Shown: piece after piece, positions 1-7,001 of the stretch | How the letters are laid out: the number at the start of each line of letters is the position of its first letter | Position numbering within the stretch: position 1 is the first letter of the stretch | From: a virus | Lineage: Duplodnaviria; Caudoviricetes | Direction: 5' to 3' (one strand) | Length of the DNA: 44,710 nt | Virus record (IMG/VR): IMGVR_UViG_3300024254_000012 | Location: 1 to 44,710 of that record | The notes under the pieces: generated by a model | What the model was told of the DNA's origin: nothing | The model's database searches: none | What the model saw: the letters and a program-made list of their open reading frames with translations, nothing else | Program-made: the position numbers and the translations under genes

Positions 1-428
1 CATCCGCCTTCGCCTCCGAGATCTGGCATCTCGAACTCGATCCGCGGACGAGGCTCGGTGATCGGCGTGACATCGCGAAGCTCGTAGAGACCGAGCTCGA
101 TGGCCGAAGCGCGGCGGAGCTCCGCGCGATCAACGTCCTGGCGCCGCACATCGAGAATCGCGCGGTAGACAGCGACATCAAATAGCTCCTCCGAGAGCTC
201 GCGATCCCAGTCACGGGCGCGCGCCAGATCGAGGTGGCCGTAGCGATCGCGACCGAGCTCGAGGCGCTCCATGAGGACATCGAGCACGCGAAGCTCGTCG
301 TAGCTGCACCGACCAAGTCGGGCAGCGATGCACCGCGCGAGGGCATCGCGAGCCACCGAGGACTCCGGATTGGTGATCGCGCGTGGGCGAGACCCACACG
401 CGAGATCGCTCTCGTCGTTCGTCGTCAC
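1..428 (-). CDS. Putative all-alpha NTP pyrophosphohydrolase (MazG-like) phage protein, runs off the left window edge
   Basis: Not in the ORF track; translated by hand from GTG at 428 (MTTNDESDL...). Contains ERLELGRDRYGHLDL...RDWDRELSEELFDVAVY, an R-x-x-x-G-x-x-x-YG / EExxD-x-x-x-Y pattern typical of MazG-like phage proteins. Confidence 0.5.
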   Translation of the reverse strand, partial: MTTNDESDLACGSRPRAITNPESSVARDALARCIAARLGRCSYDELRVLDVLMERLELGRDRYGHLDLARARDWDRELSEELFDVAVYRAILDVRRQDVDRAELRRASAIELGLYELRDVTPITEPRPRIEFEMPDLGGEGG

Positions 429-443
429 TTGGAATACCACCCG

Positions 444-486
444 TGCGCGACAGCGGAGTCGAACCGCTGCGAGGACCGTCCGCGCG
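444..486 (-). ncRNA. Possible tRNA-like T-loop RNA element (not a full tRNA)
   Basis: Intergenic. Minus strand reads GCGCGGAC...AGCGG-TTCGACT-CCGCT-GTCGCGCA, a perfect T-arm plus an acceptor-like closing stem, with no D or anticodon arm. Confidence 0.3.
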
Positions 487-494
487 CCGCCGCT

Positions 495-1316
495 CTATGC
501 GGACGGGACGTCGGACGATGCCGACGGCTTCGCTTCGACCGGCGGGGGAGCCGGGGCGTGCGCAGCCTGCCACTCTGCGATCCACATCGCGGTCACCTCG
601 GCGACCGGATGGTTGTCTGGCGTCGCGCCCGGACGGATTGCGAGGCACCATCGTTCGGCGGGGCGCGAGCCGTTCGGCCTCAGACCTACGAGGTTGTCGT
701 ATGAGCAGCCGCGGACTTTCGCGATCGTCCCGACCAGGCACGCGCAATCGCCTTCGTACGCTGAGCCGTCGATAGTGCCATCGCGCAGCGCAGCGAGCAG
801 GCCAGGAACCTCGGCGGGTGCCTTGTCGAGCACGTCGAAGAGGTCGAGCTTGATGCGCGTGAGACCAGCAGCGAGCAGCTGGCGCGCACCGTCGAGGCTC
901 GCACCGTCGAGGCGCGCACCGTCGAGGCTCGCACCGACGAGGCTCGCACCGTCGAGGCTCGCACCGACGAGGCTCGCACCGTCGAGGCTCGCACCGTCGA
1001 GGCGCGCACCGTAGAGGCTCGCACCGTCGAGGCTCGCACCGACAAGGCTCGCACCGTCGAGGCTCGCACCGTCGAGGCGCGCACCGTCGAGGCTCGCACC
1101 GTCGAGGCGCGCACCGTCGAGGCTCGCACCGTCGAGGCGCGCACCGTCGAGGCTCGCACCGTCGAGGCGCGCACCGTCGAGGCGCGCACCGTCGAGGCTC
1201 GCACCGTAGAGGCTCGCACGTTCCAGAGCTCTCCGGGTGGCACGGATGCGAGTGTCGTCGACGTCGGTTTCGTAAAGAACGGCGCCGGTGATGTAGTGGC
1301 GAATCGTGATGATCAT
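495..1316 (-). CDS. Pentapeptide repeat protein with a globular C-terminal domain
   Basis: 22 tandem A(S/R)L(D/V/Y)G units. Likely start MIITIRHY at 1316. C-terminal domain contains [17 protein letters not shown] and SRPAERW. Confidence 0.9.
   Translation of the reverse strand: MIITIRHYITGAVLYETDVDDTRIRATRRALERASLYGASLDGARLDGARLDGASLDGARLDGASLDGARLDGASLDGARLDGASLDGASLVGASLDGASLYGARLDGASLDGASLVGASLDGASLVGASLDGARLDGASLDGARQLLAAGLTRIKLDLFDVLDKAPAEVPGLLAALRDGTIDGSAYEGDCACLVGTIAKVRGCSYDNLVGLRPNGSRPAERWCLAIRPGATPDNHPVAEVTAMWIAEWQAAHAPAPPPVEAKPSASSDVPSA
888..1217. repeat. 15-bp tandem repeat, 22 copies (e.g. gcaccgtcgaggctc)
   Basis: Directly visible near-identical array that encodes the pentapeptides. 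Confidence 0.95.
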
Positions 1317-1391
1317 CGGAAGGCTTTCGGGGTGGTGAGGTGGTATGGGCAATGCGGAGCGAAGTCCGCGCGGGGAACGAGGCGATGGAGA

Positions 1392-1595
1392 TCAGGACGG
1401 AGGCGCGGCATCGGCATCGGCAGCGGCAGCGGCAGCGGCAGCGGCAGCGGCAGCGGCACGCCGACGCTTGAGAGATCGGCCGAGCGTCGCCGTGCTCGAT
1501 GTCCCCCAGTGCGATCGTTCCCAGTCCTCGAGCACCGCGCGAGCTTCAGGATCGCTGCGGTTGTCGAGGAGCTCGACCGGGCGATGGAGTGTCAT
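1392..1595 (-). CDS. Small hypothetical protein with a poly-Ala tail
   Basis: MTLHRPVELLDNRSDPEARAVLEDWERSHW... The start overlaps the upstream stop (ATGA) and has a GAGGAG RBS. Confidence 0.55.
   Translation of the reverse strand: MTLHRPVELLDNRSDPEARAVLEDWERSHWGTSSTATLGRSLKRRRAAAAAAAAAAAAADADAAPPS
1406..1458. repeat. Hexanucleotide repeat (cggcag/cggcat)n encoding the Ala run
   Basis: About 9 tandem copies visible. Confidence 0.9.
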
Positions 1596-1723
1596 CGTCG
1601 CGTCTCCTCGAGCGCGACGTCTGCGCTCGCTGCCGTCGAATCCATCACGCGCCAGAAAGCGCGCGTGACAGGAACGCACACCAATGGGCGCGACGAAACG
1701 CAGGGATGAGCGGAGAGGTTCAT
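1592..1723 (-). CDS. Small hypothetical protein (43 aa)
   Basis: MNLSAHPCVSSRPLVCVPVTRAFWRV... Coupled by ATGA overlaps at both ends; below the ORF-track cutoff. Confidence 0.4.
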   Translation of the reverse strand: MNLSAHPCVSSRPLVCVPVTRAFWRVMDSTAASADVALEETRR

Positions 1724-2121
1724 CTCGCCTTCGCTCCCAGCGTGTCGGCGAGAAGTTGCTCGCCCAGCGGCATCGAACGCACGAGCCGCTCGAGGCGGTC
1801 GGCGCGCTCCTTGTCGGTCATCGTGACGCGTGGGAACACGTCGAGATCGAACGTCTCGACCAACGCCGAGCCGAGCTTGGTGGCGAGCGTGGCGTTGTAG
1901 AGCCGGAGTCGCGTGCCGATCGCGATGCAGTCCTCGACTGCGATGTAACGATCCCTGCGATCCAGAGCTCGCCGTAGGTCACCGTGTCGCGCGCCGCAGA
2001 CGCCGGCGGCCACGATGATGCCGCCGATGCACTCGATGCCGTCCGTCAGGTGCCGGTAGACCTTGCGGGACGCGGATTCTACTGCTGCGGTCTCCGCATT
2101 GTCTTGCGATTCCGAGGCCAT
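1720..2121 (-). CDS. Hypothetical regulator in the cII position
   Basis: First co-oriented gene downstream of the cro-like gene. Helical, with an HTH-like segment IIVAAGVCGARHGDLRRALD. The call is largely positional. Confidence 0.45.
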   Translation of the reverse strand: MASESQDNAETAAVESASRKVYRHLTDGIECIGGIIVAAGVCGARHGDLRRALDRRDRYIAVEDCIAIGTRLRLYNATLATKLGSALVETFDLDVFPRVTMTDKERADRLERLVRSMPLGEQLLADTLGAKAR

Positions 2122-2204
2122 CACTATGGTTGCGCTCCATTGCGCGTCGAAAAGGAGCACAAAGCAGCAAAGACTCGATGGCCACGAGGTGCGACGATCT
2201 TCGC

Positions 2205-2672
2205 ATGCGGAACGAGACCAAGCTGGTCGGCATCATGTTTGGTGGCTGCGTCGCCGTATTCGCGATCTTCGAGATCGCCGTCCACATGCTCTCGGCGAAC
2301 AAGGCTGACTCGACCGGCGTACGAGAGCGAGAGATCAGACAGCACGCCGCCGAGAGACCAGAACCGAAGTTCATCCCGAGCAGCGGAGACGCGAACTGGT
2401 GGTGCAGCGATGCGATGACAGGCGATGTGACCTGCGATCGGCTGCGTGAGTCCTGCGATCAGCGACGGCAGAAGACCGAGCTGGTTCGATACCTCGACGC
2501 GCCCTGCATCGGTGCGGCGGCCGTCGCATGCTTCGATGCACGCCGGACCTTGACCGGTGAGACACAAACGACGTGCTTCTCGTCGATCACAGACTGCGAG
2601 AATGCTCGCGACCGGTTCATGTCGACGAATGGACGCGACTGGAATCCGGGCATTGACTGCGAGAAGCGGTGA
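2205..2672 (+). CDS. Membrane-anchored Cys-rich protein (moron-like, antisense to the cro operon)
   Basis: N-terminal hydrophobic segment LVGIMFGGCVAVFAIFEIAV followed by 8 further Cys. Confidence 0.7.
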   Translation: MRNETKLVGIMFGGCVAVFAIFEIAVHMLSANKADSTGVREREIRQHAAERPEPKFIPSSGDANWWCSDAMTGDVTCDRLRESCDQRRQKTELVRYLDAPCIGAAAVACFDARRTLTGETQTTCFSSITDCENARDRFMSTNGRDWNPGIDCEKR

Positions 2673-2674
2673 CG

Positions 2675-2914
2675 TCACGCGGACTTCGCCTTCGGTGCGT
2701 CATGGACTTCAGGAACATGAACGAGCGTGGCTCCGAGCGCGTCGGCGAGCGCCTCGGCCTCCTCGGTCTTCATCGCGATCGGATCGGGCACATCCATGAT
2801 CTTTCGGCGGAGAGAGGAGCGGTCGAGATCGAGCCCGCTGCGCTCGAGCAGCTCATCCATCGTCCACTCCGTCTTCTCGTAGGCGTCACGGAGTTGTTCG
2901 ACGAGCGACTTCAC
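2675..2914 (-). CDS. Cro-like HTH protein
   Basis: 79 aa from GTG at 2914. HTH-like TMDELLERSGLDLDRSSLRRKI and AEALADALG; divergent from the cI-like gene. Confidence 0.75.
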   Translation of the reverse strand: MKSLVEQLRDAYEKTEWTMDELLERSGLDLDRSSLRRKIMDVPDPIAMKTEEAEALADALGATLVHVPEVHDAPKAKSA

Positions 2915-2921
2915 AACATTC

Positions 2922-2938
2922 TGGGTACAGCATGCCCA
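2922..2938. promoter_or_regulatory. Operator (OR-like 1) TGGGTA-cagca-TGCCCA
   Basis: 17-bp palindrome, one of four copies; overlaps the leftward promoter. Confidence 0.8.
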
Positions 2939-2950
2939 TTTCCAAGTCAA
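2922..2950 (-). promoter_or_regulatory. Leftward (PR-like) promoter for cro
   Basis: Minus strand TTGACT-N17-TACCCA, 7 nt before the GTG start. The -10 match is weak. Confidence 0.5.
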
Positions 2951-2954
2951 GGAC

Positions 2955-2971
2955 TGGGCACGCTATACCCG
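2955..2971. promoter_or_regulatory. Operator (OR-like 2) TGGGCA-cgcta-TACCCG
   Basis: Second copy of the palindrome, between cro and cI. Confidence 0.75.
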
Positions 2972-2995
2972 GACGTTAGTCGATAACCTAGTGAT

Positions 2996-3487
2996 ATGGC
3001 TCAGGAGAAGAAGCTTCGCGGAAAGCCGATCGTCTTGCCGTTGTGGTGGCTGGCCGAGTTGCGCACCAAGTTTTCCGAAGCGAAGGAGCGCGGCGACACC
3101 AACAAAGTGAAGCTTGCGGCAGAGCTGACGACCCTCGCCGGCCGCCGCGACCCTTGGGATCACAAAGCAGTCGAGCGATTTCTCAACGGCAAGACGGTCA
3201 CCGTCGAGATGATGTGGGCGTTCCTCGATTACTTCCCTTCGCTGGTGCAGCCCGTGTTCTGGGCTTCAAGCGAGGGTGAAGCGAAGCGACTCCTCGACCT
3301 GATCAGTCGAGGAAACGCCAATCCGGATTGGAAGCAGAGATATCGAGAACTAGAAGCGAAGTTGCTCGAGCTCGCGGAGCCTGTTCGAGATCAGACCAGC
3401 GCAGTAGCTTCGCTGCATGAACAAGCGACCAGAAGTCGAAAGCCGGGCAGTGGAGGCGGAGAGCGCGTGGGACGAGGCCGGTCGTAG
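2996..3487 (+). CDS. CI-like immunity repressor (XRE-type HTH, no S24 peptidase domain)
   Basis: KVKLAAELT...WDHKAVERFLNGK helix-turn-helix, flanked by operator pairs. TAACCT lies 6 nt before the ATG, suggesting a leaderless mRNA. Confidence 0.7.
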   Translation: MAQEKKLRGKPIVLPLWWLAELRTKFSEAKERGDTNKVKLAAELTTLAGRRDPWDHKAVERFLNGKTVTVEMMWAFLDYFPSLVQPVFWASSEGEAKRLLDLISRGNANPDWKQRYRELEAKLLELAEPVRDQTSAVASLHEQATRSRKPGSGGGERVGRGRS

Positions 3488-3638
3488 TCTTCTCAGGCAC
3501 GATCCCGAGAAGTTCGAACAGATTCTGTCCATCACTCGAGCGTTCGTGGCGCTCTTTGAACGCGGTGTTGAGGACAACGCAGTCTTCGTCTCGCGTATGG
3601 AGCAAATTTCCAAGAGACGGCCGAAGGTTACGGCGTAG
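3417..3638 (+). CDS. Small hypothetical protein following the repressor
   Basis: 73-aa ORF that overlaps the cI 3' end and stops exactly before operator 3. Confidence 0.5.
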   Translation: MNKRPEVESRAVEAESAWDEAGRSLLRHDPEKFEQILSITRAFVALFERGVEDNAVFVSRMEQISKRRPKVTA

Positions 3639-3655
3639 AGGGCATTGCATGCCCA
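3639..3655. promoter_or_regulatory. Operator (OL-like) AGGGCA-ttgca-TGCCCA
   Basis: Third palindrome copy. Confidence 0.75.
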
Positions 3656-3662
3656 AATTACG

Positions 3663-3691
3663 TTGACATGGACCACTAGAATGGGCATGCT
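3663..3691 (+). promoter_or_regulatory. Rightward (PL-like) sigma70-type promoter
   Basis: TTGACA-N17-CATGCT, 6 nt before the ATG at 3698. Confidence 0.75.
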
Positions 3692-3698
3692 GTGCCCA
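3682..3698. promoter_or_regulatory. Operator (OL-like) TGGGCA-tgctg-TGCCCA
   Basis: Perfect half-site palindrome covering the -10 element and the start site. Confidence 0.85.
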
Positions 3699-4108
3699 TG
3701 GTCGCAGCCACCACCACCCCGCTCCTCGCTCCCTGCTCCACCTGCGGCGAAGTCCCGCGCACCGCCCGCGCCGAGCTCGCCCTCGACCACCAGCGTCACG
3801 AGCTGACGCGGCTCCGCGACGAGGTGTCACGGCTCAGCCGCGAGCTGTACGACGCCAACGTGGGCCGTGCCGCTGCGGTCCGCGGCGAGGCTCGAGCGCT
3901 GGCCGAGCGCGATGCGGCCCGTGCCGAGGCTCCCGCCGTCGACAGCGTCAAGCTGACGCGCGCCATCGAATCCTCCCTCTGCGGCCAGCTGCGCAAACTG
4001 ACGCACCAGGACCCGCTGGTATCGACGTCGAAGGTGGTCGCCGACGTGGCGCGGAACATCGCCCAGGCCGCGTTGCTGGCGATCGAGACGGACAGGGAGG
4101 CGGTTTAG
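3698..4108 (+). CDS. Hypothetical early protein (CxxC plus coiled coil)
   Basis: First gene after the PL-like promoter; CSTC followed by heptad-rich helices. Confidence 0.7.
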   Translation: MVAATTTPLLAPCSTCGEVPRTARAELALDHQRHELTRLRDEVSRLSRELYDANVGRAAAVRGEARALAERDAARAEAPAVDSVKLTRAIESSLCGQLRKLTHQDPLVSTSKVVADVARNIAQAALLAIETDREAV

Positions 4109-4110
4109 CC

Positions 4111-4494
4111 ATGGCGACCATCACGCGCCACATCGGCGTTCAGCCTGTTGCTGATAGCGCGCCAGCCGTGTTTGCGCTGCTCGATGCCAGCCTGGCGCTC
4201 CGTCGTATCGGGCTCTCGCCAATGTGTTCGCTGTTCATGATCGACGCCGCGGACTACGTCGATATCGAATTTGCGGTGCTCTTGTGGACCTCGGCCCACG
4301 CCGGCAAGGTCGAGCACGTCACGCACAGCGACGGAAAGATCAGCGTCCTGCGAATCTACGTCGATGGCTTCGATGTTCTAACGCTCCACATCCCGGCGTC
4401 GATCGTCGAGGAACGTGAGCGGCCGAAGCTGTCGCATGCACGTACCGACATCGACGCGGATCAATGCTGGACGCCCTCGGATGGTGCCGCGTGA
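4111..4494 (+). CDS. Hypothetical protein
   Basis: GGAGG RBS and tight operon packing. Confidence 0.7.
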   Translation: MATITRHIGVQPVADSAPAVFALLDASLALRRIGLSPMCSLFMIDAADYVDIEFAVLLWTSAHAGKVEHVTHSDGKISVLRIYVDGFDVLTLHIPASIVEERERPKLSHARTDIDADQCWTPSDGAA

Positions 4495-4661
4495 TCGCCA
4501 TCGGCGTCATCCTCATCGCGGTCGTGTTCCTCGGCCTGATGTCGGCGTGGGCGAACGGGATCGAGCGGACGATCCCCGACGACGTTCCGCGGGCGACCGC
4601 CACGCGTCGCCAGCGCCGAGCGTGGGCTCGCGAACGTCGGCAAGCCGGGTGGCGCCCGTGA
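4491..4661 (+). CDS. Small single-TM membrane protein
   Basis: GTGA overlap; MIAIGVILIAVVFLGLMSAW followed by an Arg-rich tail. Confidence 0.6.
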   Translation: MIAIGVILIAVVFLGLMSAWANGIERTIPDDVPRATATRRQRRAWARERRQAGWRP

Positions 4662-4894
4662 TCGGCTTTCGCATCGGCGGTGAATTCCTCACCAGCTACC
4701 AGCGTCGCCGCGCGATCGCGGACCGTCGCGCGAAGCTCCGCGCCGCGGCTCATTGCATCAACGGTCCTCTCGAAGATCGTCCCGGTCGCAAGGCTGGTGT
4801 CGTGCACGGACCGGTCGTCGGCGACAGCGGAAAGTGCCAGCGCTGCCTTGATGCGTGGGCGAAGACGGCGCACCGCGAGACGAGGGCCGCGTGA
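4658..4894 (+). CDS. Small hypothetical protein (Cys/His, possibly Zn-binding)
   Basis: GTGA overlaps; HCING...HG...CQRC. Confidence 0.55.
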   Translation: MIGFRIGGEFLTSYQRRRAIADRRAKLRAAAHCINGPLEDRPGRKAGVVHGPVVGDSGKCQRCLDAWAKTAHRETRAA

Positions 4895-5055
4895 CACCGT
4901 CTCGCGAAGTTCTCGCTGTCGAGCTTGCCGCTCGCAACGACCGCTGCGGTCACGTCGACGGCGATCGCATCTGCCTCCGCCCTGCTGCGCACCGGACCGA
5001 CCTCGCCAGCACGCACACGTACGAGCCGATCTCGCGCGTGATCCCGTTCTCCTGA
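4891..5055 (+). CDS. Small hypothetical protein
   Basis: GTGA overlap; C...C...H...H pattern. Confidence 0.5.
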   Translation: MTPSREVLAVELAARNDRCGHVDGDRICLRPAAHRTDLASTHTYEPISRVIPFS

Positions 5056-5105
5056 TTTCGAGCGCACCCGTAAGCCGCTCACCAACCACCACCGAAGGAT
5101 CAGTC

Positions 5106-5606
5106 ATGCACTACAAGAAGATGTTCGACGACAAGGAGCACCTCTACGCATTCGACCTCGACGGCCGCGAGGTCACGGTTCAGATCGACAAGTGCTTCGC
5201 GGGCGAGCTCGCCGGCGAGAAAGGCCGCAAGTCGAAGAAGCCGATGCTGAAGTTCGTGGGCAAGGAGAAGAAGCTCGCGATCAACAAGACGAACGGCAAG
5301 ACCATCGCGTCGCTGTACGGCACCGACACGGACGGCTGGGCCGGGAAGTGGATCACGATCTACCCGACCACCACGGACTTCGGCGGCGAGACCGTCGACT
5401 GCATCCGCATCCGACCGCAGGTCCCGCAGGGCAAGATCGGATCGGCGCCTGCGAAGAACGGCAACGGCAACGGCAACAAGCCACGTCAGGCCGCGCAGCA
5501 GCTCGAGGATGGCATCCGCGAGAAGCTGGCCGAGACCGGTGTCGAGGAGCTGAGCGACGAGGACAAGCGCGCGATCGAGGCTGCCGAAGCCGCGGAGAGC
5601 GCCTGA
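5106..5606 (+). CDS. Putative ssDNA-binding/annealing protein partnering the exonuclease
   Basis: AAGGA RBS. Beta-rich Lys/aromatic core (LAINKTNGKTIASLYG...WAGKWITIYP...IRIRP) with an acidic tail; TGATG-coupled to the exonuclease. The CDS is clear; the function is inferred. Confidence 0.55.
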   Translation: MHYKKMFDDKEHLYAFDLDGREVTVQIDKCFAGELAGEKGRKSKKPMLKFVGKEKKLAINKTNGKTIASLYGTDTDGWAGKWITIYPTTTDFGGETVDCIRIRPQVPQGKIGSAPAKNGNGNGNKPRQAAQQLEDGIREKLAETGVEELSDEDKRAIEAAEAAESA

Positions 5607-6442
5607 TGCTCGCCGTGGCTGACAACGACGATGTCGAGCTCGATGCTGTTACCGAGACGAAGGCGTCGATCGATCCGCTCACCGTTCCGGTCCGGTTCAG
5701 CCGGCTCAAAGCGATGTCGCGATCGCCGCGTCATTACCTGCACGAGGTCCAGGAGGATCGCGACGATTCGCTCGCGATGCGGATCGGTCGTGGCGTGCAC
5801 GCGATGCTGCTCGGCCTGCCGGTCGTGAAGTTCACGGGCAAGCAGCGCCGCGGCAAGGAGTGGGAGACCTTCAAGGCGCTGCAGCGGCGCGGCGAGGAGA
5901 TCCTCAACGCCAAGGAGTGGGCGCAGGCGGCAGGCATGGCCGAGGCGGTCCACGCGCATCGTCAGGCATCGGAGCTGCTGTTCGCGGCCGGCGTCGAGCT
6001 CGAGCGGACCATCGAGTGGGAGATGAACGGCCGCAAGTGCACGTCGCGGCCCGACGCTCGGCGCGGCAACGATCTGCTCGTCGACCTCAAGAGCACGCGG
6101 TGCAGCGAACCCCGCAAGTTCAGCCGCGACGCCCAGTTCATGGGCTACCACGCGCAGTTCTCGTTCTACGGCGAGGCGATCCGAACCGTGACAGGCTCCG
6201 CGCCACGCGAGAACTACGTCGTCGCGGTCGAGAGCAAGGCGCCTTACGTCGTCACCGTGCTCGATGTTCCCGCGCGCACGATCGCCGAGGGCGAGAAGTG
6301 CTGGCGCGCGTGGTGGGAGCGGCTGGCGGTGTGCGAAGCCGCGAACGAATGGCCCGGCTATACCAAGGCGATCGAGACGTTCGATGTCGACGACAGCGGA
6401 GATCTGAAGCTGCTGATCGACGGAGAGGACTTCGAGTTCTAG
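5606..6442 (+). CDS. PD-(D/E)xK exonuclease, RecE/exonuclease VIII-like (DUF3799-type)
   Basis: FSRLK...SPRHY, GRGVHAMLL, E...SRPD...VDLKST, YHAQFSFY, VAVESKAPY, WPGY. Confidence 0.88.
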   Translation: MLAVADNDDVELDAVTETKASIDPLTVPVRFSRLKAMSRSPRHYLHEVQEDRDDSLAMRIGRGVHAMLLGLPVVKFTGKQRRGKEWETFKALQRRGEEILNAKEWAQAAGMAEAVHAHRQASELLFAAGVELERTIEWEMNGRKCTSRPDARRGNDLLVDLKSTRCSEPRKFSRDAQFMGYHAQFSFYGEAIRTVTGSAPRENYVVAVESKAPYVVTVLDVPARTIAEGEKCWRAWWERLAVCEAANEWPGYTKAIETFDVDDSGDLKLLIDGEDFEF

Positions 6443-6444
6443 CC

Positions 6445-6834
6445 ATGGTCGCCGCACCCACCCCATCACCTCGTGCCGAGGCGCTCCGCCGTACCTACGT
6501 CGCGGCGTTCCTGGCGCTCGACGATCTCAAGAAGACCGATCCCGCGGGAGCCGCCGAGATCGAGATCGCGCTGGTCTCGCACATCCGCGCCGCGATGCCG
6601 ATGCGGCTGTACGACACGGGACCGGTGGTGAAGATGACGCCGGTTCCGGTTCGGCCCGAGGTCATCACCGAGCGGATCGGCGAGCGCGCGTTCTACGAGC
6701 TCCGTCCGCTCGATGACGATCGCACGCTGCTCTATCTGCACGACGAGCTCGAGCACGACGCCGACGTCGCACTGACACCGACGCAGGTCGAGGCGCTGCG
6801 CGAGCACCTGGCGCAGAGCGGTGGTGGCCGGTGA
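6445..6834 (+). CDS. Hypothetical protein
   Basis: ATG 2 nt after the upstream stop; high-GC3 coding pattern. Confidence 0.65.
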   Translation: MVAAPTPSPRAEALRRTYVAAFLALDDLKKTDPAGAAEIEIALVSHIRAAMPMRLYDTGPVVKMTPVPVRPEVITERIGERAFYELRPLDDDRTLLYLHDELEHDADVALTPTQVEALREHLAQSGGGR

Positions 6835-7001
6835 GCGACGTCGAACGCGAGATGTACCTGCGGGAGATCCGACGTCTCGACGCCGAGCGCACGCGCCTGC
6901 GTGCCGTACTCGAGCAGCTCGACAAGCGGGAGTCGCTGGGCCTGGAACCTCATGCGTTGATCAGAGCAGCGCTCGACCAGCAGGAGTCCGCCAGTGGCTG
7001 A
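6831..7001 (+). CDS. Small coiled-coil protein (56 aa)
   Basis: Hand-translated MSDVEREMYLREIRRLDAERTRLRAVLEQL...; GTGA overlap. Confidence 0.55.
   Translation: MSDVEREMYLREIRRLDAERTRLRAVLEQLDKRESLGLEPHALIRAALDQQESASG

Noticed and set aside
888-1217. CRISPR array or DGR template
   Set aside because: The 15-bp units are contiguous, have no spacers and are in-frame coding. No cas or reverse transcriptase gene was seen in the window.
686-1243. ORF with (VRAST)n repeats
   Set aside because: It is an alternative frame of the pentapeptide array.
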